Positions 30,718-40,669 of a stretch of DNA of 56,424 nucleotides are shown piece by piece; positions within the stretch are counted from its first letter, which is position 1, and the number at the start of each line of letters is the position of its first letter. Under the pieces are notes generated by a model. The model did no database searches. It was not told the DNA's origin and worked only from the letters and a program-made list of their open reading frames with translations. Made by a program: the position numbers and the translations under genes. The stretch is from the sequence record SRR2962707_2339; one strand, 5' to 3'.

Positions 30718-31083
30718 ATGAAAACTTTCTTGATTGTAGACGATTCAAGAACAGTACGGTCCATTACATCCAACATTCTGAGAGACCTGCAATTAGAGAC
30801 CATTGAAGCGGAAAACGGCGCGGATGCGCTAGAGATCTGCCGCAACAAAATGCCCGATGCAATCCTGATGGATTGGAACATGCCCGTTATGAATGGGCTG
30901 GATTGCTTAAAACATCTTCGCCAAATGCCTGGCGGAGACCAGCCTATCGTCGTCTTCTGCACGACTGAAAACGATGTCGAACACATGCAGCAGGCCATCA
31001 ATGCCGGCGCGAACGAATTCATTATGAAGCCGTTTGACAACGAAATCATGCTTTCAAAACTCAAAACAGTAGGACTGCTTTAA
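30718..31083 (+). CDS. cheY: CheY response regulator
   Basis: IVDDSRTVR, LMDWNMPVMNG, FCTTEND, FIMKPFD; directly precedes cheB-cheR. Confidence 0.92.
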   Translation: MKTFLIVDDSRTVRSITSNILRDLQLETIEAENGADALEICRNKMPDAILMDWNMPVMNGLDCLKHLRQMPGGDQPIVVFCTTENDVEHMQQAINAGANEFIMKPFDNEIMLSKLKTVGLL

Positions 31084-32214
31084 ATGAAGTCTGACATCAA
31101 CGTCACTCACGATGCGGCCTCAAAAATCCGCGTCATGCTGGTCGATGATTCGCCGACGATCCGCGGCATGAACGCGCGTATTCTTAGTCGTGAAGAGCGG
31201 ATCGAAATCGTGGCTTCCGTCGGCAATGGCGAACTGGCCGTGCAGCGAATGGGACAAGGGGATATCGATCTGATCGTCCTCGATATTGAAATGCCCGTCA
31301 TGGACGGACTTACAGCCATTCCACTGCTGTTGGCGAAGGACAAAAACGTAAAGATCCTTATGTCGTCCACGCTGACACAGCGCGGCGCAGAAGTCAGCCT
31401 TAGGGCGCTCCAACTCGGTGCTGCCGATTTCATCGGAAAGCCGTCGTCCGGGTCTGATGGCAACGGCACAACCATTGAGGCATATCGCAGGGAAATCGTC
31501 GAAAAAGCACTTAGCCTGGGCGCAACTGCTTTGAAAGCGCATACACCCATTAAATCCCAAGAGCGTAAGGTCGACGCCGCAACAGCCCATAGCAAACCCG
31601 CATTGGTATATGACTCATCCCGCATTGCGCCGAACATCATCGCCATCGGCTCTTCGACAGGTGGCCCGCAGGCATTGCTCAAGCTGTTTCGTGAATTAGA
31701 CAGCGGGATCTCGTGTCCGATTGTCATAACGCAACACATGCCAGCACAGTTCACTTCCATTCTTGCGAAGCACATTGACGGCGTTACGAATATGACATGT
31801 ACGGAAGCCAAGAATGGCGATGTGCTCGAGGGGGGGCACATTTATGTCGCCCCCGGCGACTACCACATGGTGATTGTTCCGGATGGAACCCGCCATCGCA
31901 TCAGGCTCAATCAGGACCCTCCGGAGAATTTCTGCCGTCCGGCAGTTGATCCAATGTTCAGGTCGGTGGCCTCATGCTTTGGCAAACGAGCACTTTGCGC
32001 AGTACTGACCGGCATGGGCCGGGATGGTGCGGCCGGCGCAGAGAAAATTGCTGAAAGCGGCGGCTGCGTGATCGCCCAGGACGAAGAGTCCAGTGTCGTA
32101 TGGGGCATGCCAGGCGCTACCTACCAGACCGGCGTTTGTACCGCCGTCCTGCCGATCTCGAAAATTGCGGCATTCATCAACAGTGCTTCAAGGGGTGAAA
32201 GCCATGACACCTGA
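31084..32214 (+). CDS. cheB: CheB methylesterase (REC + catalytic domain)
   Basis: LDIEMPVMDG; catalytic triad in GSSTGGP, TQHMP, GMGRDG; VWGMP. Confidence 0.97.
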   Translation: MKSDINVTHDAASKIRVMLVDDSPTIRGMNARILSREERIEIVASVGNGELAVQRMGQGDIDLIVLDIEMPVMDGLTAIPLLLAKDKNVKILMSSTLTQRGAEVSLRALQLGAADFIGKPSSGSDGNGTTIEAYRREIVEKALSLGATALKAHTPIKSQERKVDAATAHSKPALVYDSSRIAPNIIAIGSSTGGPQALLKLFRELDSGISCPIVITQHMPAQFTSILAKHIDGVTNMTCTEAKNGDVLEGGHIYVAPGDYHMVIVPDGTRHRIRLNQDPPENFCRPAVDPMFRSVASCFGKRALCAVLTGMGRDGAAGAEKIAESGGCVIAQDEESSVVWGMPGATYQTGVCTAVLPISKIAAFINSASRGESHDT

Positions 32215-33034
32215 GAACTTCACTTTCATCAGCGAATTGCTGCACAAGAAGTCCGGGCTCGTTCTCGGGCAGGAAAAAGCCTATCTCCTCGAAAACCGGC
32301 TGATGCCGGTCGCACGCAAACATGATCTGCCGAACCTCGATTGCCTGGTCGATGCCCTTCGCATAAAGCCCAAGGGCTCACTCTGCGATGAAATCGTCGA
32401 TGTAATGACCACGAACGAATCTTTATTCTTTCGCGATAGCAAACCCTTCGAACAACTCAAGACCACGACGTTGCCGTATTTTCTCAAGGCTCGTGCGTCA
32501 CACCGTAAACTGAGAATCTGGAGTGCCGCCGCCTCCACTGGTCAGGAACCATATTCCATTGCCATGGTCATCGGCGAACAGGGCGACAAGTTCAAAGATT
32601 GGCAGGTAGAAATTCTCGGAACCGACCTGTCGCAAGTGGCTCTGGATCGCGCAAAATCAGGAATTTACACACAATTTGAAGTGCAGCGGGGCATGGGTGT
32701 GCAGATGCTCCTCAAATACTTTTCTCAAGATGGTGACAAGTGGAAAGTCAACGAAGATATCCGCAAACGGGCTCGGTTTGAAATCTTCAATCTCCTCGAT
32801 GATCCCACACGGTTTGGGATGTTCGACATCGTCTTTTGCCGCAATGTTCTCATTTATTTTGACAAGGACACCAAAGCGGCCGTCCTGGAACGGATCAGCC
32901 GCGTTCTGGCACCGGATGGTGTGTTGTTCCTGGGCGCAGCCGAAACAATCCTTGGGCTGGATACGGTTTTCCGGCCGATCGAAGGCGCACGCGGCACATT
33001 CGGCCTGCCAGAAACGGCCATGGCTTCCGGGTGA
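32204..33034 (+). CDS. cheR: CheR methyltransferase
   Basis: TTNESLFFRD, IWSAAASTGQEPYSIAM, FDIVFCRNVLIYF. Confidence 0.97.
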   Translation: MTPENFTFISELLHKKSGLVLGQEKAYLLENRLMPVARKHDLPNLDCLVDALRIKPKGSLCDEIVDVMTTNESLFFRDSKPFEQLKTTTLPYFLKARASHRKLRIWSAAASTGQEPYSIAMVIGEQGDKFKDWQVEILGTDLSQVALDRAKSGIYTQFEVQRGMGVQMLLKYFSQDGDKWKVNEDIRKRARFEIFNLLDDPTRFGMFDIVFCRNVLIYFDKDTKAAVLERISRVLAPDGVLFLGAAETILGLDTVFRPIEGARGTFGLPETAMASG

Positions 33035-33044
33035 ATTTCAAAAA

Positions 33045-33069
33045 TTACATTAGCTTACATTTCTCAATA
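33045..33069 (+). promoter_or_regulatory. TTACA-N5-TTACA direct repeat upstream of the PAS + MCP pair
   Basis: TTACA TTAGC TTACA TTTCT CAATA. Confidence 0.55.
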
Positions 33070-33173
33070 TTAAATTCCAGAACACTAATATTAATGGACC
33101 TCTCATGTCTTATTGTCTGATCAGTATTATTAGTTGAACAAAAAACACCACTACATGAATGATGGAGTGAATT

Positions 33174-33710
33174 ATGGCTAAACGGGAAAATATCCAGCTT
33201 ACCGGGCATGAGCAGACCTTCGATCCCGACGAGATCATTGTCTCCAAGACGGATCTGGACGGCAAGATCACGTACGGGAACAGGTGCTTTTATCGCCTTG
33301 CCGGCCTCGATGAAAAAGAGTGTCTGAACGTACAGCACAATATCGTACGCCACCCCAACATGCCTCGTGCGGTCTTTGACCTGCTCTGGAGCACCATCAA
33401 AGGCGGCCAGGAGATCTTCGCTTATGTGATGAACCTCTCTGCTAACGGCGATCATTACTGGGTGTTCGCACATGTCACCCCAAGCCGTGACGGGAGCGGC
33501 AATATCGTCGGCTATCATTCCAACCGGCGGGTCCCGAACCGCGAAGTTCTGAATACGCATATCATTCCGCTGTATGACCAGCTCGCGAATATTGAAAACA
33601 GCAATTCCAGCCCAAAAGACGGCCTTGCTGCATCGAGAAAGGTCATCGATGACCTTCTGGCTGAAAAGAAAGTCGGCTTCAACGAACTCATGTTCTCACT
33701 GGGAGTATAG
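33174..33710 (+). CDS. Stand-alone Aer-type (FAD) PAS protein, CetB-like
   Basis: IVSKTDLDGKITYGN, HNIVRHPNMPRAVFDLLW, NGDHYWVFAHVTP, GYHSNRR. Confidence 0.88.
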   Translation: MAKRENIQLTGHEQTFDPDEIIVSKTDLDGKITYGNRCFYRLAGLDEKECLNVQHNIVRHPNMPRAVFDLLWSTIKGGQEIFAYVMNLSANGDHYWVFAHVTPSRDGSGNIVGYHSNRRVPNREVLNTHIIPLYDQLANIENSNSSPKDGLAASRKVIDDLLAEKKVGFNELMFSLGV

Positions 33711-33713
33711 AAA

Positions 33714-34925
33714 ATGTATCAAGCAGTTGCTAAAGACCAAATGGACGATATTGAAGCCGGATCAGGAGAAAGTCTTGCCGACGAAAACTCGGCTATGGCT
33801 GTCAGCAACGCCCTGCAGGTCATCAAACGTGCAGCCGCCGGCGACTTTGAAGCACGTATTATAAACATCGAAGCGACCGGCGAACTCGGTGAGTTGCTGT
33901 ACTCGGTGAACGATCTCATTGACCGCTGTGATGCGTACCTGCGTGAATCGGCCGCATGCATGCAGCATGTCAGCATGAACAAGTATTTCCGCAAGATCAT
34001 CGAAACCAGCATGCAAGGGTCATTCCTTAATGCCAGCCAAACGGTGAATGGCGCACTGAATGCCATTCAGGACAAGGTTGCCGACTTCAATTCGTTAACC
34101 AGCACATTTGAAGAGACAGTTGGCGGCGTTGTCGGCACTGTTTCCAGCGCGGCGACCGAGCTTTCATGTTCCTCGGAAGCTCTCAGCGATCTGGCACAAA
34201 ATACCAGCGAGATGTCTTCAACCGTTGCCGCAGCAGCCGAGGAAGCTTCCGTTAACCTGCAGACTGTCGCATCTTCGGCAGAAGAGCTGACGGCGTCGAT
34301 CTCTGAAATCAGTCAGCAAATTTCACATGCATCAAAAGTCGCTATCGATGCTTCAAGCTTGTCCGACGACGTGTCTTCAAAGGTTTCCGCACTGGAAGAT
34401 GCGACTAAAGAGATTGCAAAAATCGTCAGCCTGATCAACGAGATCGCATCGCAGACCAACCTGTTGGCACTCAATGCAACGATCGAAGCCGCCCGGGCCG
34501 GTGAGGCCGGGAAAGGGTTCGCCGTTGTTGCCTCCGAGGTGAAAGCTCTAGCTCAGCAGACGGCAAAAGCCACCGATCAGATCGACGGCTTCGTCAAGAA
34601 CATCCAGGGCGCCACGAATATCACGGTCGAAGGCATCACGAATATTTCCGTGAAAGTGAAGGAAATTTCTGATGCCAATACGACCATCGCCGCTGCCGTC
34701 GAAGAGCAAAGTGCAGCAACCAACGAAATCACGCGCAGCATTGAACAAGCTTCTGAAGGTACACGTGAAGTTACATCGAATATTGTCGAAGTATCGACGT
34801 CCTCTCGGGAAACCGGGAGTAACGCCTCAGAAGTCAACGCGGCCGCAAACGAACTTTCACAGCAGTCCGAGAAATTGCGGTCTGTCGTAGACGAGTTTCT
34901 CGTTGCCGCAAGGAAAGTCGTCTAA
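33714..34925 (+). CDS. Soluble HAMP-containing methyl-accepting chemotaxis protein
   Basis: [10 protein letters not shown]...[22 protein letters not shown] tip motif; no TM; 3 bp after the PAS gene. Confidence 0.9.
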   Translation: MYQAVAKDQMDDIEAGSGESLADENSAMAVSNALQVIKRAAAGDFEARIINIEATGELGELLYSVNDLIDRCDAYLRESAACMQHVSMNKYFRKIIETSMQGSFLNASQTVNGALNAIQDKVADFNSLTSTFEETVGGVVGTVSSAATELSCSSEALSDLAQNTSEMSSTVAAAAEEASVNLQTVASSAEELTASISEISQQISHASKVAIDASSLSDDVSSKVSALEDATKEIAKIVSLINEIASQTNLLALNATIEAARAGEAGKGFAVVASEVKALAQQTAKATDQIDGFVKNIQGATNITVEGITNISVKVKEISDANTTIAAAVEEQSAATNEITRSIEQASEGTREVTSNIVEVSTSSRETGSNASEVNAAANELSQQSEKLRSVVDEFLVAARKVV

Positions 34926-34951
34926 GGCCAGCTTCAACAGTCACGGGGTGT

Positions 34952-35176
34952 ATGTACATGTACTTTAGCACATCACAAATGCACCAAATGGCTTTGAAGT
35001 TATTTTCCGACGCCGCTGAGGTCTGTTTCAATTGCCCAAGTCAATCCACCGAGTCATCCGGCTCGGTGGATGTGTGCGTCATCTGCAAAGCAAATAGCGC
35101 AATCAAATGTGCAACCGATATCATCAGCTCTTTGGAGCGAAATGAGAAAGCCCTCTTCAATGAAATTCTTTTTTGA
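34952..35176 (+). CDS. Small Cys-rich hypothetical protein (CxxC...CxxC...C)
   Basis: 26 bp after the MCP stop, GGGG RBS-like; CFNC-x13-CVIC-x7-C. Confidence 0.4.
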   Translation: MYMYFSTSQMHQMALKLFSDAAEVCFNCPSQSTESSGSVDVCVICKANSAIKCATDIISSLERNEKALFNEILF

Positions 35177-35307
35177 GGGTACAGCACTCAAGTGCAGGCA
35201 AATTAAATCCCTGGCGGCCGTCTTATTTCCAATGCCGACCTCAGGATTCCTGGTCCTCTAAGAAAAATAGCCCGTTCCTGATGCTTGAAGGTCTTTCATG
35301 ACGGGGT

Positions 35308-36354
35308 TCAATCGTCTTTTTCAGAATGACGGTCTTCGAGAAGGCTGAGAATAGTATCCGAGGATTTGTATATATCTTCGACGTATGCCGCGTATTCGGC
35401 GGTGAGCTGCCCACTAATCTGCTTGGCGTTAAGCAGTATAGTTTCAATCTGCTCGCGTATCATGTCTGATATCTCAACATTAATGTTGTTCGGGGCGTGC
35501 AGAATATCGTTCGCCGTTTTCCCTCTATGGCTGACACCGATTGCCCCATCAATAGTTTGCAAAGAATTCCTACCGATACCTCTATACCCAAGAAACTTAC
35601 CTGAATTGGTAAAATATGGTTTTCCGCTGATCCGAATTGAGTGCGCATGACCGGATGGAGAATTGATAACGAAAATATGCTCTCGAATGACGGCCCTTAA
35701 ATTTATTTTCTGTTCGAGTATCTGACGCTGCATTTCAAAGTCGTTTGATAAAAAGTCGACAATATTTTTCCCGACAACATACTCGGGGCTCAATTCCTGG
35801 TTCTTGTCGATGCTTTTGCTGATAAATTGAATCACGTTTTCATTGTCGGTTTCCCACAGCCAATCTGAAGCCGCCTCCGCAAAGTCTCTAAAGCGGTCGT
35901 TCAGCGTTTCGATTTCCGCGATGGTTTGCTGGCGTGTAGAATTTGATTGTACTGTTGAAATCGCATTGTCGACCAACTTGGGAAGATTATTGTAGCTGTC
36001 CTGCCCTTTGATGAGATAATCGTTTGCGCCGAGTTTTATCGCTTTAACAGCCGTTTCTTCCGAGCCTCTTCCTGTAAGGACGAAAATCGGGATATCCCGT
36101 GCAATATTTCGTATATGAGCGACCAGATCCAGACCCGTGCCATCATGCAAACCCATGTCCGTGATGACCGCGTCATAAGTATTGCAATGAAAACTGGCTA
36201 AAGCTTGCTTGATACTCACCTGAGTATCCACGCTGGCTTTTCCATTTTGTCGCAAAAACTCCCTTTCAATCAGGATGCTGTCAAATTCATCATCTTCCAC
36301 CAGTAATAACCTTGGCCCCTCCTTCTGCGGGGTAATTACTTTATTTTGCATCAT
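35308..36354 (-). CDS. REC-PAS protein with a degenerate HisKA-like C-terminus
   Basis: VEDD, TDMGL, LTGRGSEETAVKAIKLGANDYLIK; PAS RFRDFAEAASDWLWETD...GYRGIG. Confidence 0.85.
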   Translation of the reverse strand: MMQNKVITPQKEGPRLLLVEDDEFDSILIEREFLRQNGKASVDTQVSIKQALASFHCNTYDAVITDMGLHDGTGLDLVAHIRNIARDIPIFVLTGRGSEETAVKAIKLGANDYLIKGQDSYNNLPKLVDNAISTVQSNSTRQQTIAEIETLNDRFRDFAEAASDWLWETDNENVIQFISKSIDKNQELSPEYVVGKNIVDFLSNDFEMQRQILEQKINLRAVIREHIFVINSPSGHAHSIRISGKPYFTNSGKFLGYRGIGRNSLQTIDGAIGVSHRGKTANDILHAPNNINVEISDMIREQIETILLNAKQISGQLTAEYAAYVEDIYKSSDTILSLLEDRHSEKDD

Positions 36355-36803
36355 GCCCTCCTTTTTATTTTGTTATATTTACACCAGTAGTTCGCCATCA
36401 CTCTGGCAACGTCATACAACCCGTCTGCTCCCACTGGTTTCACGATGTAGCTTTTTGCACCAAGTTCATAGGCACGCTGAATATCGAATGGGTCGGAGGA
36501 TGATGTGAACACCACAACCGGCACGAATACGTTTTCTTTTCTATCATTTAATCTGCGTAGAACTTCGTGACCGTCGACATGACGCATTTTGAGATCAAGG
36601 ACAATAAAAGCCGGCTCAATCGTTGCACTGCTGCCGATTTCGTCATCCGGCAACAACAATGCGAGCGCATCCTGACCGTCTTCAGCAACGCAGATGTTCA
36701 TATCAGGGTCGACTTTTTCAAATGACCTTTTTAGCAAAATCCAATCCGCCGGCTCATCATCGACAATCAGCACGTCACATCCTGCCTTCATATCACTGTC
36801 CAT
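36351..36803 (-). CDS. Single-domain response regulator, Rcp1-like
   Basis: VDDEPAD, VLDLKMRHVDGHEVL, VVFTSSSDPFDIQRAYELGAKSYIVKPV, terminal YW. Confidence 0.88.
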   Translation of the reverse strand: MDSDMKAGCDVLIVDDEPADWILLKRSFEKVDPDMNICVAEDGQDALALLLPDDEIGSSATIEPAFIVLDLKMRHVDGHEVLRRLNDRKENVFVPVVVFTSSSDPFDIQRAYELGAKSYIVKPVGADGLYDVARVMANYWCKYNKIKRRA

Positions 36804-36837
36804 TTTTTTGAATTTCTATTTTTCAATTACCCAGCCC

Positions 36838-38331
36838 CTAGACCGGTTTGCGTTTCGGCAAAACAACCGTAAAGCAGGTGCCGCCACTGGGTGATGAAGC
36901 CAATGAAATGCTTCCCTTATGAAAACTGATCCCCTTTTGCACAATCGCCAGGCCTATACCGGTGCCTGGATACTTCGAACGATGGTGTAGCCGATGAAAT
37001 ATCTGGAAAACCTTATCCCGGCAGTCTTCAGGAATACCGATTCCATTATCCGCAATCGAGATTTCAACTTCGTGCGTGCGTACTTTGCCGAGCAGTTCCA
37101 CGACTGGTCGGGCATTGGGGCGCGCGAATTTGATCGCATTGCCGATCAGATTCTGGAAAACACCCAGCAGGGACGCCTGATGCCCATCTATCTCGCACCA
37201 TTCTCCGTCAACATTGATCACGGCGCCCATTTCCTCGATCAGAGATCTGTGATTGTTGATCGCGTGGTCGATCAATTGACGAACCGGCATCTTTTTGAAG
37301 GGAAGATCGTCGCGCCCTATGCGACTGTACTCCAGCAAGTCATCGATCATTTCCCCCATGTGACTGACACCGTCTCCGATGTGAGCCAGATATTCCTTGG
37401 CCGTTTCATCCAGGATTGAGGTGTAATCCTCTTCGAGGGCATTCGAAAATCCGGCGATGGCGCGCAACGGCGCCTTGAGGTCGTGGGCTACGGAATATGA
37501 GAATGCAGCGAGTTCCCGGACATTATCCTCGATTTCCTGTTGTGCGCGCTTACGTTCTGTAATGTCGCGAATGATGCCAACAAAAACCGGCCGACCCTTT
37601 TCGAGAGCTTCACCGACTGATAATTCCATTGGAAAGACAGAGCCGTCCTTCCGCCGCCCCATGACTTCACGTCCGATACCAATAATTTTCTTCACACCGG
37701 TATCGCGATAGTTTTTTAGATATCCATCATGTTCATCCGCATACGGCGCCGGCATAAGTACATCAACATTGCAGCCAATGACTTCGCTCGAGGTATAGCC
37801 GAAAAGCTGTTCACATGCCGGATTGAAAATTTGAATTTTGGCATCGGCATTGATGATAATCACACCATCTACGGCCGTATCAATAACTGCCCGGATACGC
37901 GCTTCGCTCTCACGCAATGAATCTTCAGCCGCCTTGCGCTCGGTGATATCGCGAATGATGCCGACATAGAAGCGCGCACCATGTTCTCCTGCTTCACCGA
38001 CGGAAAGTTCCATGGGGAATGTGGATCCGTCCTTGCGCATGCCGGAAACCTCGCGGCCAATGCCGATTATCTTCTTGGCGCCGGTAGTTGTATAATTCGA
38101 GAGATATCCGTCATGCTCTTCGCGATAGGGCGGCGGCATGAGGGTTTTGATGTTCTTGCCGATGATGTCTTTGGCAGAGTACTTGAAAAGTTTTTCACAG
38201 GCAGGATTGAAAAGCTGAATCGTGCCCACTTCATTGATAATGATGATCCCATCTACCGCAGTTTTGATGATGACGTCCAGCTGGCCCGATGCGCCTTGAT
38301 AGCTGGGATCTGTCTTGCTGTTCATCTCCAC
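36838..38331 (-). CDS. Soluble histidine kinase with two tandem FixL-type heme PAS domains
   Basis: 2x LMP.PY..EHDGYL.NY..TG.KKIIGIGREV.G.RKDGS.FPMELSVGE; FSYSVAHDLKAPLRAI H-box; YPGTGIGL. Confidence 0.92.
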   Translation of the reverse strand: MEMNSKTDPSYQGASGQLDVIIKTAVDGIIIINEVGTIQLFNPACEKLFKYSAKDIIGKNIKTLMPPPYREEHDGYLSNYTTTGAKKIIGIGREVSGMRKDGSTFPMELSVGEAGEHGARFYVGIIRDITERKAAEDSLRESEARIRAVIDTAVDGVIIINADAKIQIFNPACEQLFGYTSSEVIGCNVDVLMPAPYADEHDGYLKNYRDTGVKKIIGIGREVMGRRKDGSVFPMELSVGEALEKGRPVFVGIIRDITERKRAQQEIEDNVRELAAFSYSVAHDLKAPLRAIAGFSNALEEDYTSILDETAKEYLAHIGDGVSHMGEMIDDLLEYSRIGRDDLPFKKMPVRQLIDHAINNHRSLIEEMGAVINVDGEWCEIDGHQASLLGVFQNLIGNAIKFARPNARPVVELLGKVRTHEVEISIADNGIGIPEDCRDKVFQIFHRLHHRSKYPGTGIGLAIVQKGISFHKGSISLASSPSGGTCFTVVLPKRKPV

Positions 38332-38768
38332 TTGCAGTCTCGCCTATCTTATATTTATGGACGCTTCTCTTCCCACAATTGCTACATTGTTGTTGTCGCA
38401 CTAACTTTTTTAATTATTTCAATATCTTGCACGTCATCTTCAAGTATGACTGCAATTTACACTTCTGCCTTATCGATAAGTATATTGAATCATTTTCATA
38501 GTTAAATACGTACATCCACCAATACGAAAGATGTCTTCGATTAACGACAATCAGGATGGGGGGAGGGGGGCTAGTGTACAGAAATAGAATGAAATTCTAT
38601 GTAGCTATATATTTAGATTGGAACCGGCATAATGATCACCAGGTTCAGCGATTATCTCAGAGGCCACAGTATCACCTGCGTTGACCCGGAGAAATTTTCT
38701 AACTGGAATTTCTGCAAGAAAATGTAATTGGCGAATGGAGGACCATGGCCTGCAATTTTCATGAGCAA

Positions 38769-39182
38769 CTATGCATCCTGTTCCTTAGGAGCATTTAACA
38801 AACCGCTGCGATCCGGGTCCGGATAACCCATGATTTGAACCAGCTTTTGATAAATCGCCGTTAACCTCGAAACATCCTGTTCACTAAGCATTGGGTTGCC
38901 GGCACGGACTGCTTCAACGAACGCTTCAAGACCCTGTTGCATATGTATGGGCAAAATACCGACCATCTTGTGTTTATCGCCGATTATTTTCAGGTACTTG
39001 TCGAGTTCGACATTATCGTCGTGCCTAAAGATAACGGTCTTCAAAGCAATCTCGAACATTCGCTTTTGCGCGTTAACGTCCCTGAATCGATCAACGATTT
39101 TCGGATATTGCGCATACAGACACTTATAGAATGTTTCCGTTGCAACACTTACGTCAATCGCCCTGATTTCGGACTCGGCCAT
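38769..39182 (-). CDS. Single-domain globin
   Basis: B10 Tyr (TFYKCL), CD1 Phe (YPKIVDRF), E7 Gln (NAQKRMF), F8 His (IGDKHKMVGI). Confidence 0.75.
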   Translation of the reverse strand: MAESEIRAIDVSVATETFYKCLYAQYPKIVDRFRDVNAQKRMFEIALKTVIFRHDDNVELDKYLKIIGDKHKMVGILPIHMQQGLEAFVEAVRAGNPMLSEQDVSRLTAIYQKLVQIMGYPDPDRSGLLNAPKEQDA

Positions 39183-39185
39183 TGC

Positions 39186-40532
39186 TCACTCACCCTTTGC
39201 GGTGTTTTCCTGCAGGCGCTCCGCCAGGTTTTTTCTGAAATTCGACAACATGCTGTCTTCAGAGCACTGGGTGTGCTGCCGCAGCAAGTTTATCTCTTCG
39301 GCATTTTTATGAAGCGTGGACAGGACATCCAGGTCGATCTTCCCGCGCTGGCCGAAGTTGTCCAACATGCCCAGGCATGTCGAAAGTTCCAGTCCTTGGC
39401 GATATGGGCGGTTCTCCGTCAATGCGGTGAAGATATCGGCAATCGCCAGTATGCGTGCCTCTATGCCTATTTGGTCGGCCGCAAGACCATATGGATATCC
39501 TGACCCGTCAATAAATTCGTGGTGTTGAGATGCCCATTTTTCAATATCTTCCATACCGTCCACATTATGGAGAATCTTTTTCGTATAGAAGGAATGGCAA
39601 TTCATCACGAGGCGCTCTTCCTCGCTTAGTTCCCCCGGTTTTTCCAGAATTTCTCCCGGGACAGCGAGTTTACCAATATCGTGCAGATAACCGGCTATCT
39701 TTACCTGCAGACACAGTTCTTCATCCAAACCATGTGCAAGAGCGAGTGCTTGGGCGACGATCGCAACCCCGGATGAGTGGCTTGCTGTAAAGCGGCTGCG
39801 TGAATCGATTATAAACGCATAGACTTTCGATAAGTTCTCAAGTTCCTCGAAGCTCAATCGCGTATCGCGAATAGATGATAGATTCCTGATCGAACTGTCC
39901 AGTAGCGCGGTATCCATTTCCAGCCAGAAAGAAGGCCGTGCGGATAAATCGCAGAATGCTTCGACAAGATGCGGAGGGAACAACCTGCCTGCACCGTTTT
40001 TGATACGATCTCTAATCTGAATTGCCTGGCCGGTCAGCGGAATATTCTGATCAATCTGGACCGCGACACGATCGGCTAGCTGAATGACATGACTGATCGG
40101 ATTGACGAAACGGCCGTTGTGGCATTCCCCCCTTCCCCAGTCCCAAGCGACGTGATGATCTCCGACGACCTGCGCAAGCCCAGCCAACGGCTCGACAGAT
40201 TCCAGAATAGACTCGCCGATGAAGGCATGATCAGTGGACAGTTGCTTATCATACTCATGCAGAGCCAACCGGTCAGCGAGATAAGAGGCGCCAATGTCGT
40301 GGACCATTGCAGAAGCGAATAGCTTTTCATATGCCTCTTGATCGTCCGATATCTCATGATGCAAGCAGGCGGCAATATAGCACGTGAGTTTGTGATGATT
40401 GCCGAAGCGGATGTTGACCATGTCCAATGCCGTCGAAAGAGACATAAACATATCGAGGAAGGACACACCGTCTTTAGGCGGCCGATTAAGGGGATCCAAA
40501 TTGTCCGTTCGGGTGCCTAAAAACGCATTCAT
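39186..40532 (-). CDS. Double-HD HD-GYP phosphodiesterase (probably c-di-GMP)
   Basis: N-terminal degenerate HD (MVHDIGA); C-terminal HS..VA, YLHDIGK, HHEFIDGSGYPYG, ADIFTALTENRPYR. Confidence 0.9.
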   Translation of the reverse strand: MNAFLGTRTDNLDPLNRPPKDGVSFLDMFMSLSTALDMVNIRFGNHHKLTCYIAACLHHEISDDQEAYEKLFASAMVHDIGASYLADRLALHEYDKQLSTDHAFIGESILESVEPLAGLAQVVGDHHVAWDWGRGECHNGRFVNPISHVIQLADRVAVQIDQNIPLTGQAIQIRDRIKNGAGRLFPPHLVEAFCDLSARPSFWLEMDTALLDSSIRNLSSIRDTRLSFEELENLSKVYAFIIDSRSRFTASHSSGVAIVAQALALAHGLDEELCLQVKIAGYLHDIGKLAVPGEILEKPGELSEEERLVMNCHSFYTKKILHNVDGMEDIEKWASQHHEFIDGSGYPYGLAADQIGIEARILAIADIFTALTENRPYRQGLELSTCLGMLDNFGQRGKIDLDVLSTLHKNAEEINLLRQHTQCSEDSMLSNFRKNLAERLQENTAKGE

Positions 40533-40649
40533 TTCAAGTAAAGTTCCTAACTTCGCTTATTCACGGCATTGAGGGTTTGGCCTTTTGACCGGGTGCAACA
40601 TGTTTCTACTACAGGCAGGTAAAAGGCAGATTTCCTGTATTTGCCGAAA

Positions 40650-40664
40650 TGTGAAGTTATGTAA
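40650..40664 (-). promoter_or_regulatory. One-mismatch TTACA-N5-TCACA repeat upstream of HD-GYP/globin
   Basis: Minus strand reads TTACA TAACT TCACA. Confidence 0.45.
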
Positions 40665-40669
40665 CTCGT

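Noticed and set aside
36838-38331. Calling the twin-PAS kinase fixL
   Set aside because: The H-box is phytochrome-like rather than FixL-like, and no FixJ is adjacent.
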